Below are positions 50,322 to 62,740 of a DNA stretch of 64,000 nt, one piece after another. Both the position numbers and the translations under genes were made by a program. The notes under the pieces are model-generated. The model was given only the letters and a program-made list of their open reading frames with translations, had not been told where the DNA came from and searched no databases. Source of the DNA: Syncephalis fuscata S228. Its lineage: Eukaryota; Fungi; Zoopagomycota. The DNA lies in the NCBI GenBank assembly GCA_025786725.1, contig JAHLTZ010000012.1, positions 558,001 through 622,000 of the forward strand. Direction: 5' to 3'. Position 1 is the first letter of the stretch, and each line of letters begins with the position of its first letter.

Positions 50322-52686
50322 TGCTACAGTCGTTGCTGCGGCAGCAAAAAGAGGAAAAGTGATTACGACAAATGGAACGAGTGAGAGAGTAGGAGCAAAC
50401 AGAAGTAAGCAGTCAAGTACCAGCCTGTGGTGGGGCACTGCTACAAATGCAGCAACAATAAGAGTGGCAACGAGAAAGCCAATGGAATATACGTTTTGGA
50501 ATGAGTAAAGAACAGCGGGCAAAGTGTGTTACAACTACAGCGAGGGAAAGAGTGGCGATGGCATTAACGTTTAGACGGAGTGGCAATGAGAAGTGTGTGC
50601 GGCTCTTGAAACGAGGAATAGTATGGCCGTCGGCCACATAAATTGTTGCTGAAAGGAAGGATGTGCAATAATGGCCCGTTTGCTTAGTAGGCATATGAGC
50701 CGATTTGTCCTATGCTCTCACTCTATTCCTGTCCTTTTAGAATTGTGCGCACCGTTGCCCCCACTTGTATTACTTGTTAAATTGCCCAAAACACGTTCTA
50801 CAGAAGATCAACACGTGGAGAAGGATATAGGAAAGGTGCAGTGTGATCATAGCATGATAGCTAAAATCACGTGATGAAGTATTGATAGCTATTTGGTGAT
50901 ATTAATAAGTTTATAGGCGATAGTGGCGATAAGCGTAACTGCTAATGCCAACCATTCTGGCAAATGTATTTAAAAACAAGTATAACGCTGATAAGAATGT
51001 AAGGTAGTGATCATAAAATCGTCATTTTACTGATAAGCATGCAGGTTGATTTGTAATAACTAAAAAAATTACTTTGTGTAATTATTCTGAAGCAATTAAT
51101 TAATTAATTATTCATTATCTTTTATTTCATTGGTATACTGAGTCGCAATAAAAGTTGTTTGCATTTACGCATTAAATACCACCGTAGTTTCATATTCTTG
51201 TATTCACTTGTAGGGCACTTTAAGTTTCAAGACTGTATATTGTTAGAAACTTGGTTTCATTTTAATGCTATCGGCACATTGAGTTGTTCTAGATTACAGA
51301 CACATAGGCTTATTAGCAAAATAAATTATTTGGTTATGCTACATTGTGTTTTTGATAACATTGGTTTTGAGTGTAGACATTAATGACGCTGATGAAGAAG
51401 TAGCTTTAGAAAAAAGAATTAACAGAAATATTACGGGCATGCAATAGGTGATTTCGATAGAGTTGGTAGTACTGGCGCTGTTTCAGCATACACGAGGAGA
51501 TGAGGCGGCGCAAAAGCCATGATAGATTTTGTGCGAGTTTATCAGGGAGTAGTAGATGATTCGATATGTTGTGGTCACAATTTAAAGGTATTAATGTTGG
51601 ACATTAAATGTGCGTACACCTCAATGGAACGTACAAGCATAAAATGTTCATTTGACCAAAGTGCCAAGACACATATTGAACTATTAGAGAGTAAATTCAA
51701 AGATTGAACGGCAGAAGTATTAATTGTTCTTGACAATACAATGTATATTATCCAGAATGTGGCTAGACTAAAAAGTTAATTTACTCCTACTGTGACTAAT
51801 ATTTTATGCGTTACTATCTACCAAGTTGAGCAATCTATGTTATGAATATAAAATGTAAAAACAGCAAGAAATAGCACTTAAATATATATATTGCTTAGGG
51901 AGCATTCGTAAACAATTTGAAATTGGTAACAAAAAATAGAGTGAACTTGCAAAAGCTGGTAAATGTTTGTCAATTATTTTAATTCTATAGTATTTTGTGT
52001 TATTTAATATTATTGAGTAATTTGTTTATTATCAATTTATCAATTATTTAGTGTGATTTGGTGTTAAATAATTACAATTAATAGCAAAAAATAAAACATA
52101 CGGCATGTTTTTTGCAGAATATATCTAATATAGCATTAAAGACATGCTAGAAATGCACTTACTGTGTTGGTTGAACTGTACTTTAACTCCTACATCTGTT
52201 CTCAAAGCACAATTCGTTCCAATCAGAGTCATGCCGTTATGATGCGCAACATAGTTATATTATTTCTTATTAAAATATTGTTAATAAATTGGTTTATATA
52301 AAGAATGTAGCATACTGTTTGATTTTTTGAATATTTGAGGCCGATTATTATTGCTGTTAGCCATGTGTAGAAAGATTGATCGAATATTAATAGAAGCCAT
52401 ATGATTGCAATTCCATATCGTTCCTCATTACTTCTGTTGCCTGTTTGTCATACTGCACATTAAATTGTTATATAATCTATTTCTTTTCTATCTTGTTTCT
52501 GTTTACTTGAACCACATTTGCATATTATAATAATTATATTTAATAATTGCAATTATTTTATTATTTTTATACTTGTAGACCATTTCAACAAAGATATTTA
52601 ACAATTTAGTGTAAAAAGCCTTTTATTTTATTAAATGTTATTTCAACTTCAACTAATACCCTAATGTGCATATTTAATTACATTAT

Positions 52687-52749
52687 TGTATTGATAATTA
52701 CACATGAATTAATTAATGTATTGATAATTACACATTAATTAATTAATGT
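52687..52749. repeat. 30-bp tandem duplication TGTATTGATAATTACACAT(G/T)AATTAATTAA
   Basis: Direct inspection. Confidence 0.75.
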
Positions 52750-52859
52750 TAGATGTAATACTATACACGTTATAGTTATGAGTAAATGTTTAATTGTATT
52801 TAAACGTGTTGAGGGTGAAATGGATAAATAAAAATGTGAGAGTCAAAGTACAGTAGCTT

Positions 52860-53200
52860 CACCATGTTAATAAAGTGTTAATACCAATGATCAGAGTGAG
52901 GATTGACAAAAAAAAAGTCAAAACATAAAAGAGCAATGCAAAAGTGATGTAAAAAGTGTTGGAACTTGACTAGCAGTCAGTCAACTACTGACACTAGCTA
53001 AGTAGCATATATGGAGGTAGAGATATATACGATATATATATGTTATCAAGTGTAAAGAAAGAGAAAGGAAAGTGTGACGTAGATTGTGAGATGTAATCAC
53101 TGTCAGTCAATATTTATAAAGACGCGAGTTATTAACAAGCGGCATGTGAAATAATAAAAGTCAATCTACCCACATGTCGGTATATTATAGAATAGATTCA
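52860..53200 (-). repeat. Dispersed repeat family, copy 3 (inverted)
   Basis: Its reverse complement matches copy 4, including an uninterrupted CATATATGCTACTTAGCTAGTGTCAGTAGTTGACTGACTGCTAGTCAAGTTCCAACACTTTTTACATCACTTTTGCATTGCT tract. Confidence 0.9.
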
Positions 53201-53340
53201 CGACAAATAAAGTATAATAAAAGTCATTTTACACATAAAGCTACTTATTATCATATAACATGTTCATTAATAAAATAGTGAATGTATTGATCAATTAAAT
53301 ATATAAAATGATGCCATCATTAACATTGCTATGATAGCAA

Positions 53341-54090
53341 TTAAAGCTTACCAAGAGCTGCCACGTGTCCCAAGCCACCTTCGCTAAGTGCACGGACGGC
53401 ATCGGGAAATGTTTCTTCTTTAATCATCGTCATGGCCTTACCAGCCTGTGCTTTGGGAGCCCATCGCTCCGCGAGAGCTATCGCGGCAGGTACCACGTTG
53501 TCGGCCTCCGCAGTTTCGTCGATAAGGCCTACTTTAAGCGCTTCGGCCGCGCTAAAGCGATGGGCCTCCAGAAGACAGCTCCTTAGGAGCGCGGGGTGCG
53601 GAAACTTGACACGAATAATCGATGCCATACCAGGTGTCAGCGGTGCCTTCATGTCAATTTCGTTCATACATAGAAAGCCGCGATCAGAACGCATGACACG
53701 GTAGTCGTGTGCCATGGCAAACATACAACCACCGGCAAATGCATGGCCATTGATTGCCGCAATAGTCGGCATTGGGAACGTAAGAATACGCTTAAGTAGC
53801 GGATGGTATAGCTTGCCGCAAAAGTCGGGCATGTGGGCTACCACCTTCTCTAAATCTAGACCGTTAGAGTAGATACGATCCTGTCCTGTAGTGACAAGAG
53901 CCCAGGGCTCACTGCGGCCTGGATCTTCTTGTTCAACGACACGTTCAACTTCATCAAGCGCATCCAGAATGGCTTTGGTTGATTCAAAATTGAAACGGTT
54001 ATCGGCGTGCTGTAACGATAGTAGGAAAATTTGGCCATGACGCGACAGACTCATCATGGCATTGGCCTTACTGGGGAAATGAGTTAGCAT
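53341..54090 (-). CDS. Enoyl-CoA hydratase/isomerase (crotonase fold; delta3-delta2 ECI-like), probably peroxisomal
   Basis: YSNGLDL; FPMPTIAAINGHAFAGG; AHDYRVMRSDRGFLCMNEID; C-terminal PTS1-like GKL; no introns. Confidence 0.92.
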   Translation of the reverse strand: MLTHFPSKANAMMSLSRHGQIFLLSLQHADNRFNFESTKAILDALDEVERVVEQEDPGRSEPWALVTTGQDRIYSNGLDLEKVVAHMPDFCGKLYHPLLKRILTFPMPTIAAINGHAFAGGCMFAMAHDYRVMRSDRGFLCMNEIDMKAPLTPGMASIIRVKFPHPALLRSCLLEAHRFSAAEALKVGLIDETAEADNVVPAAIALAERWAPKAQAGKAMTMIKEETFPDAVRALSEGGLGHVAALGKL

Positions 54091-54671
54091 ATTGATAATA
54101 GTTGGTTGTTTAGTTGGTTAGTAGGAACAACAAAAGTCAAGCAATTTGGTAGTATTGATAAAGAAGTAAGAACATATAGCTCGGTTAGTATTGCCGCTAT
54201 TATATGTACGCCGGCAACAAGATACCGAGCTATTACATCACATGACTTGTATAACATTCATTCCGCAAATGTATATATAAATAGCTGCAATATCTAGTAT
54301 TAGTGACTTGCTAGATATTTTATGCATTTTTATTCAGCACGTTGGCTATGTTATTGGTGTTGATTGGTGTTATTATAATAATTTATAATCGCATATACGT
54401 GGTGTTGTTATTAAATGTGCCGAATTAAGCTTTGCTTGATTAATGTTTTTTACAGCACCAGTCAAGGCCATTAAAATGATTATATTTTTCATATAAATTA
54501 TGGTAAGAAATTATTTCGTGATTTTCATCGAGATAGGGGCGTACATGTACAAGCTAAAAATAAAGAAAGGCTGCTTACTGGATCTCTATAATCAATCCTA
54601 TGTGCCACTCAACTTTGAAAACAGGTAATTCCAGGTCTAACAGCGTTTCAACTGTATGCTTCATGTTGTCC

Positions 54672-54706
54672 AAGGCAGCGTCGAGAGAGACGACGCTGCC
54701 TTTTTT
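54672..54706 (+). terminator. Perfect 12-bp GC-rich hairpin followed by T6 (intrinsic-terminator-like / Pol III end-like)
   Basis: AAGGCAGCGTCG-agagaga-CGACGCTGCCTT-TTTT. Structure certain, function unknown. Confidence 0.4.
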
Positions 54707-54794
54707 CATATTAACTTTTTCAACCATCTTTCTATCCGCCTATTCCCTTTAAAATCCAATTTTGCGCCATAGCGCCTATTTGCAAGCTATAGAT

Positions 54795-56796
54795 ATGCAT
54801 AAACTATTATTACTATTTCTTTGCATTTTAACGCAGTATCAGTTTGTAACTGCTACTATTACCGTCATAGGCCAAAGTCAAGAAGAAACCTTTTCGGTAT
54901 ACGATCCAATTAAAATGTATCAACAATTTGAACCGATAACTGGTGTAATATTACCGATTCAATTTGGAAAGCATGGCAAATGCCAAATAAACAGAAACAT
55001 GCAGCGAATAGCTTCGTACAAGAACGGCACTATATCCGCGATAACTATGCGTTTATCGCCATGGAAAATGATGCTGGTAAGAACTATACCGGGTGCAAAA
55101 CATTTCACGATGTAAGTTTTAATGCAGTAATCAATTAGTGGATTATTAATAGAGTTGAATAGCTAGAAGACGCCGTCTTTAGGCACAACAAATGGCTGCG
55201 CCAGATGAAGCTGCCTTCAATAAAAGCATTGGTGTTAAAACACTGGTCGTTAAACCAATACTTTTCTGACCTTAATAACGGCGCACTAAGTCATATGATT
55301 AGTGGAGAAAATAAAAGCCGTCTTCCAACCGTGCTTACAACATTCGAATCGTACAAGCGCATAGAGAAAGTCGCTCGTTATGGTCCATCATGGACTATAG
55401 CTATAGTAGCTCACGGTAAGTGTATTATGGCGATCAATTTATAATCGTATATACATATTCTAATATTACCAATGTATGAAGAATCTAGTGCATGGAATGA
55501 CATTTTATTATCAAATGGCTATAGTGTCTTTCTCTGGATTGCATTTGTTATCAATGCACTTTTTGTTATACATGGCTTTGGCCGGATTGCATTTGTCTGG
55601 GTCTATGGCCGATTTCGATCGGAATTTCGAACGCTAGCATTTGCTATTGCCCAGTGTTCGGTGATTCGTAAGCAACACTAATGACAAACAAGAATACAAT
55701 AGAATAGTATTTAGTTAACACGCCATTGCTTCTACTCCATTTAGTCAGTCTAGCAAGTATGTTTCTATTCGATGCTTATACTTTCAAAGTTGTATGGGGA
55801 ACTGCATCACTGCTTTTCAACGTTGCCATCTATCTGGTGTTAATTATCTGGTATGTTCCAGCTATTATTAATGCATAGAAAATAGCTAATTGCAACCAAA
55901 TAGGTTTTCGTTAAATTCGGCCATAGAAATGCGACGTGCTTTTGTGTTCAAGTCCATTATACATATAACGTCTATTTTGATTATAATAGCACATATCCTC
56001 GATTGCATATCTCTTTCAGTGCCGGCACTGGCAGAACACCCTCGTTACAAGCCAATATACTCGGTAACAATGGCTTTACAGATGCTTATAAGCGCAATAT
56101 TTCTATATTTCGGTAAGTGATATTATAGATATTGATATTACATGTATATTCACGATAATTTTATTAGCCGTTATTTTTTATAAAAAGCTAAGAAGCTGCA
56201 TTAGTAACACGGCTAAACGAGCTTTACTTCAGGCAAGTTGTTATTACAATGGTTAAACGTTAAAACTAACATAGCTACTATATTGACAGCTAATAATTAT
56301 ATCAATTATTCTGTTTTTGTCTATCAATATTCTTTGTATCGATGCGTTTATTCCACACGTGGATGATGATCTTTACAATAATTACTACATATTCGTAGTA
56401 ACTTCAGTTTTAAAAATTATTGCTTTTACCGGTCAATCAGCTGGTTTGATCTATCTGCTTGGACTCCGTATGCCTGACGATACAGGAGCGGAGGGAGGCA
56501 GTGTTTGGATGGCATTCCACAGTTTATGGGGCAGAGTTGTAAGGAAATTCGGAGGAAGAGCACAACCTACCGATGCCTATGTTCCTATAACTACGGTAAC
56601 ACAGTCAACCAACCAAACTTACTCGGGCCAGAATACCTTTAGAACAAACACAACCAGCAACATGACATCTCATTCGCCCAGCAGCGTAATTTGGTCAAAT
56701 GATAGCTCGCAGCACCAAACAATCGACCGAGTACTTCCATCTAACCATCTTACGCCGTTTGTTAATACGGTACAACCTAGCCATAGTTTACGATAA
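54795..56796 (+). CDS. Signal peptide + ectodomain + multi-pass (GPCR-like) membrane protein, multi-exon
   Basis: MHKLLLLFLCILTQYQFVTA signal; about 7 hydrophobic segments across exons 55472-56470; Ser/Thr-rich tail; includes a GC-AG intron at 56233-56289. Confidence 0.7.
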
Positions 56797-57044
56797 CAAC
56801 ATGGATTGTAACTAATGCGATGTAATGTTCCGTATTTTTGTAACAAAGGATGAAAAGTTATGTTTTAAACAGTTACGCTGTTACTTTTTATAAATAACCT
56901 ATAACAAATACAAGTTGCCATTAACTTGATTATATCAATAAGACAAATGTTACGTTATGTTAGTTTAATAATGGTAATAAAATGTGTATTGCTAATAGAT
57001 TAATAGAGAGAAAAAAAGAGTAATGCATACGAAAAACAAAAGGC

Positions 57045-60000
57045 TTATTTCAATGCAGATGTAGAATGATCACCGACATTGTTATTATCACAATGCTCAT
57101 TAGCATAATCCTTATCATCGTCGTCTTCATTGTTATTATTATTATTACTGTCACCTTCATCGTCATCTTCATCATCGTGATCGGTATCCATTGTAGATGC
57201 AGTAATTCCGCTATCTGTGGCACGGTGTCCAGTTTTAAATAGCACAGATGACACACTAAGATGATTGGGATCGATATTAGAATGAGGATTTGAAGAGGAT
57301 TTTTCGAGGTAGGATTGGTTTGCTACACTAGCTGCAGCATCAGACTTTTCGGCACCTTCTCCATCTTCGGTTGGTGCATCGTTATGTCGTGCAAGTACGG
57401 CCTGTTGTAAGCAATCAGCATACGTTTGATACTTGATTAGTTCTCGCAGTAAATATTGTGATCGTCGCTCCCAGTTGGAGAATGCACGTGTGTGAGACGT
57501 AGATTTGGGTGGAAAACGTGAAATGGCGCTATGTAATTCCTTATGTGTGACGAGTTCATCCTCTAAATATTGTATCTGTTTTAGCAAAGCGTTAAGCTGA
57601 GCTGCTTCATCGAGAACAGAGCGAACCATCGGTGGCTGTGGTGCATGCCACTCAAGAATTGGACAGTCAGCCTCTAGGATTGGCTGAGCGCCAGTTAAAC
57701 TTCTGACGCCCCAGCCATAGTCGACATTGCCAACACCGCCACCCAGTGGCTCTTTACTTTCTCGTGCTGCCCAGTAGTTGCACACAGATACCCATTCACA
57801 TACTAGATCTGCACTGGCTGCCTGGTATAAATAGACACCACCATTTGGCAGTTGGACTGCAAATACATGTGCACGACGTTTTGAGTAACCGGGTGGTGGC
57901 AACTGAACAGTTAGGCTGTGACGAAGTGTTAACTGGCCTAATTGTAGCTGGACATTGGTTAATTCACTGCCATCGCCATTAATAACATCTTTTTCCTTTT
58001 TAAACATCTTCATTTCACCACGCTCCACAACGACTAAGCATTCACGCCAGCTACGATTCGCAGCCTTTTTATCGGTGCGTTCAAAAGATGCTTTCGCTCA
58101 AGAATGCCTGACTTGACTCGAGTGGCCGATGGATCATCAAGGTTGACTTGGGCGGAGTAGGCTGCCATTATATTACGCAGATTTGGACTGCTGCCAACTC
58201 CAGATGCAATGCCGCTTTCAACATCACTGCCACCAACACTTGATGCTTCTGCACTGGATTGTGACACGGCACTTAGCGATAAACGACTTGGTTGGCGCGT
58301 TGTTGCTGACTGCGATCGCACAGCAAGGCTTGATTGACCACCACGATGCTGTTTTTTTGTACCTGTCCCATCTAATTTATACATTTATAAGCAACACTAA
58401 ATAAATTTGATCATTCAATGCCTTTTTTTACTTACTTGAAGCCATAGTTGATGCACGATTTGACTGTTTGTCTGACTCTGCTTTTTGTACAAGATCCCGT
58501 GGCATCTGCAGTGGCTGACTACGGATACTTGCGTACATTTCTTTAAGCAGTACCAATAGCTCCTTCTTTTGCTGTTTGCCGCTAGAGCTCACCGTACTAT
58601 GCACGCTACGACGATCACTGCTAGTACGGGCCATAGTAAGATTAAGTTCGTCGTTATTATTGCTGTTGCTATTGTTGTTGTCCGTATCGTTGCCCATATT
58701 TGCCATATTAATGGCGGCCAAAGTGTTTTTAACAAATGCTGAACGTGACATACGGCGTGTATTTTGCGGATTATGCAGATCAGTGTTTAGCAATAATAGC
58801 GAATAAGCAACACCATAAACAGCATCTAATAAATTATAGATTAGTAAATTGAATAATATTACTTATATACATATATATAATATAGAATTAATAAATTACC
58901 TTCACTGCCTAAATTTGAATTTGTATTACAGGCCCAGTAACGTTTGGAGAATGCATGAATAACTCGATCAATTACTTGTGCCTCTCCAATTAGAAATAGA
59001 TGCGAACATAAACGACGCATGGCAATATCCAATCGCATTTTACGGAAATCAAACATTTCCATATAGGCGGTCAGTACAAGTGCTCGAGTATCATCACGTT
59101 TACCAAGGTATTCACACAGTGAATCGCGTGCAATGCCACTTCTTTCATCCTCTTCAAATAGCTGTTTTGCTCTGGCACGGCAGCGCTCTCTGACCATAAA
59201 TGTAGCGGCAATACGTGACTCAATCTCCATGGCTTCGTCATCATCTTCAGAAAATTCGCTATCTTCTATGGCATCGGCCACCAAAGGCACTTTAGAACGA
59301 TGTATAAGCCTTTTCTTCTTTTCTGCTTTACCAGCTTGATGGATTTGACCATCCGGCAGTATAACAGTAGGTAAATCAAATGGCAGCGATTGCGAACGCA
59401 TTGATCCGATAGTAGATGGTATAGCACTGTCTATCGATGGTCGAATATGTTCCGAAGGCAAATCTTCTTCATTTGAAAGTGTTCTTTCGCTTGATTTAAG
59501 CGGTGAAGCTGATAATGGGATGCTTTCTGGTACATTTGATTGGAAAATATTGCCTGATACCAATGCTGTTATATCCTCAGCTTTTCTTGCCTTAAGTGTG
59601 TCGACATCTTTAGCATCATCTGTCATTAATGGTGAAGCAGATGCTTTTAATGTGCCATCATTTGTCACTTCATTTAATGGGTTGTCATTCAAATGTGATA
59701 GTGCACCAATATATGACGAGAATGTAGCGTCCGATATCACTTGGTCCACTACCATACCTTTAATTGGTTTGCGGATATTGTCAAAGTTTGTTGTTGGACT
59801 TTGAGGACTAGAGGCAGACAAGCTACGCCCATGGCCGTGACCAGCGCCAACGGTATTGGCACGTGTATCAAGTGACGGCATTTCAGGTGCCGGCTCTGTA
59901 AAGCGTTGGAACAGACGCCAGAGTGAACGAATACGTCTTACTGGCTTTCCATCTTGAGATTGGTCCGATACCATAGGAATTGGATCTGGTATGATGGGTG

Positions 60001-60915
60001 AGCCGTCATTTGATATGGATTTACGTGAGATGGAGGTCGAGCGCGTAGGCATACGGCGTGGCTGCTCAGTTGAAATAGAGGATCTTGATTCGGATCTATT
60101 TGACATACTGGGACTTTGTGCAAATATACTAGCAACATGAGGTGGTGGTGCTGGTCGATTATCATCTTCAAGCGTCTTGGCAATTGTTTCGGCTCGTTTC
60201 ACTGTGTCACCTGCCTCGTCGGCCTCAACAAAACAGTCTGCAGACGATGCACCACCAGTGTTTTCAAATGCAACTGATGTTATATTGTTAAGTGTCGCTG
60301 ATATATCAGAGGCAGATAGCGTTCTTGCATGTCCACTACGTATTGGTGATGTACCTGCTATTATCTCTGTATCTGCTCGCGCTCGACTTGGTAAATTAGC
60401 ATCATTAATAATTGTATCGTCAATATCGCAGCCTGTCTTTGATGCATCTTTAAAATAATCGGCCGAAGAAATGCCTACGGTATTTTGGCCACCAAACAGC
60501 TCTTTAATGTGTGGTTTAGCTAAATTTGATTGCGATTTACTAAATGAGCTTATAACTCGCGAAAAAATACCACTTGTAACGCGTTTTGGGCGAGATCTAC
60601 CAGTTCCATTGTCGCTTTCTGATGAAACGGGCCGTAACGCTGCTACCGCAGCCGGTAAGAGTGGCGCACGGTCATTCTTTTTGGCAGGATATACTGTGTC
60701 TGATGATAAAACTCGCTGAGGCGAATGTTCATCACTTCGGCTTTCTACCATGTGTATCGAATTCGGCGGCATTTCATCTATCTGTTCCATATGGCTGCCT
60801 CTCTAGTCGGTGGCAATGGCATCGACGGCGGAGCAGTGCCCAGCGCCAATGGTACAGAAAGTGAACGTCGTTTTTGATATCGAGTTGGAATGTCGGATGA
60901 ATCTGAAGATGCCAT
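57045..60915 (-). CDS. Sec7-PH ARF-GEF (EFA6/Yel1/Syt22-like), multi-exon
   Basis: FDFRKMRLDIAMRRLC..LIGEAQVIDRVIHAFSKRY (glutamate finger intact); LLLNTDLHN; PH KSGILERKH...PPPGYSKRRAHVF...WVSVCNYWAARESKEPL; frameshifts near 60790 and 58085. Confidence 0.9.
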
Positions 60916-61196
60916 GGCTGTACAATTAATCAACAATAAACAATAGAAAGAATAGGTATAGCTGTTGTAATAATAGTGTAATGTGGCTTGTGCACACACA
61001 GACGTTTGTGATATGTTTAGAAAGGAAATGCAAATGTTGCTGTAATACAACTACTGTGAAGCAGTATCCAAGAAATATATGTAACTGGAGCCGAAAGATA
61101 AGCAAACTGCTCACGTGCGTACTGTTAAAAACAGCGTGTGTGCGTGCGTAAACAGGACCAGCCAGCGAGCACACACAGACAATAGACAAACAAACA

Positions 61197-61254
61197 AATA
61201 GATATATGGATATAGATATATATATATATAGATAGATAGATAGATAGATAGATA
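61197..61254. repeat. (AT)n/(GATA)n microsatellite
   Basis: Direct inspection. Confidence 0.85.
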
Positions 61255-62124
61255 GCAGCTATGAAGTGTCGTTGCTGTTAGTTACTTCCAGCTTCTAGCG
61301 TAACAAAATATTTTGTCAATAAAATAAATGCTGTAGTCTTGAAATAGTTTGATATTGCTCAAATAGTCTGGATGGCATTCAGCTGACAGCCATTAATAGA
61401 CGAGATGTAGAAAACTGGATAAGTGAAAGAAGCCGAGATGACCTTATTGGTAAAAGGATAGAGGAAAGAAATGAAAAGGAGAGTGAAATAGCACGAACAA
61501 GAGAAAGACAGCTCGTGGAGTGTGGTTCGCAAACGTGCGTGAACACGGAGCCGCCAGAACAGCACAATGTGTATCTAATAATAAATTGTAATGCGGCGGA
61601 GACTAGAATTTACCGGATTTTCATATGATCGAGAAATAGCGCACAAAGCACTTTGAAAGCCACAGCCAACGTGCCATATAATATTGCGAGTGAAATTTAA
61701 AAAAAGGTTGCATATTCACATTTAAAAGTTCGCTGATCTCTGCAAGATATGCAAGAGCCGTGTCAATTGCATATGCAATAAATGTATTTTCGTCATTAGA
61801 TTTAAATTGGGCTCTGCTAATGTTTCAAGATTTGCTTAGTCTTATTATTAATTCCAATGAAATTTATTATTAGTGCAAATAAAAACGCGAACATATGGCA
61901 AAAATACCATTTAAATTAATAACTGCTGTATAGACGTGTATTGTTTAGTACATGTACTACTTTACTGCTAAATAGATTCTATAATAACGGCTTTAGTGCC
62001 AATAGTACACATGTATTTACCGCATTGGCTATATTATTTAATAGACGTATTTTACAATAATTACCCATTTTTAAGAACAAAATAATTTTTATAAAATTGA
62101 ATTTGATCTTTCTATTATAGCTTA

Positions 62125-62740
62125 CTATTTAACTATTAATCTGTTCTATAATATGGCGACTGGCTGGGTAAATTAACTTTATTATTTACACTCCATTTAT
62201 TAATAAATTAAACTCGGCTGTTTATAAATATTGACTGACAGGCTCACATCTCACAATCTACGTCACTACACTTTTCTTTCTCTTTCTTTACACTTAATAG
62301 CATATATATACCGTATATATCTCTACCTTCATATATGCTACTTAGCTAGTGTCAGTAGTTGACTGACTGCTAGTCAAGTTCCAACACTTTTTACATCACT
62401 TTTGCATTGCTTTCTTTAATCTTACCTTTTGCAAATTACTCTATTCACTCAGATCGTTAATATTATCAGCTTTATTGGCATAGTAAGTGCATTTCTGGCT
62501 TTTTATGTTATGTTAAGTATATGCTTTGTTTGTGCTATAAGAACCAATGTAGATCGCACTACAATATTGGCGCTGAGGATTTATTCAGTGGCCATACCAA
62601 AGGTGCGACCTAGTTCTGTTGCCAGTACAATCTGCAGTAACATTTTATAATAAGTTAAGGCATACAACAGATTTGGCAGCATATAGCCACCACATTCGTC
62701 ATGTACAGCTGGTATATGCTTACAGTAGTAATAGCAGCAG
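62125..62740 (+). repeat. Dispersed repeat family, copy 4 (longest recognisable)
   Basis: 5' part near-identical to copy 2, middle near-identical to copy 3, distal part (62655-62740) similar to copy 1 (435-520). Confidence 0.9.

Noticed and set aside
25740-60800. Programmed frameshifting or pseudogenisation in Boi (about 25760, 27255), Sec7-like (about 34460, 35270), F-box (about 37250), ECI-neighbour membrane gene (about 55000) and Sec7-PH (about 58085, 60790)
   Set aside because: These are single-base shifts, mostly at T/A runs or a CAA microsatellite, scattered across unrelated and otherwise intact genes. That is typical of homopolymer indel assembly errors; raw reads would confirm
62345-62374. 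Helitron 3' terminus (hairpin + CTAG|T) in the dispersed repeat
   Set aside because: Homology between copies continues well beyond CTAG, the spacing is only 2 nt, and the hairpin is not preserved in copies 1 and 2
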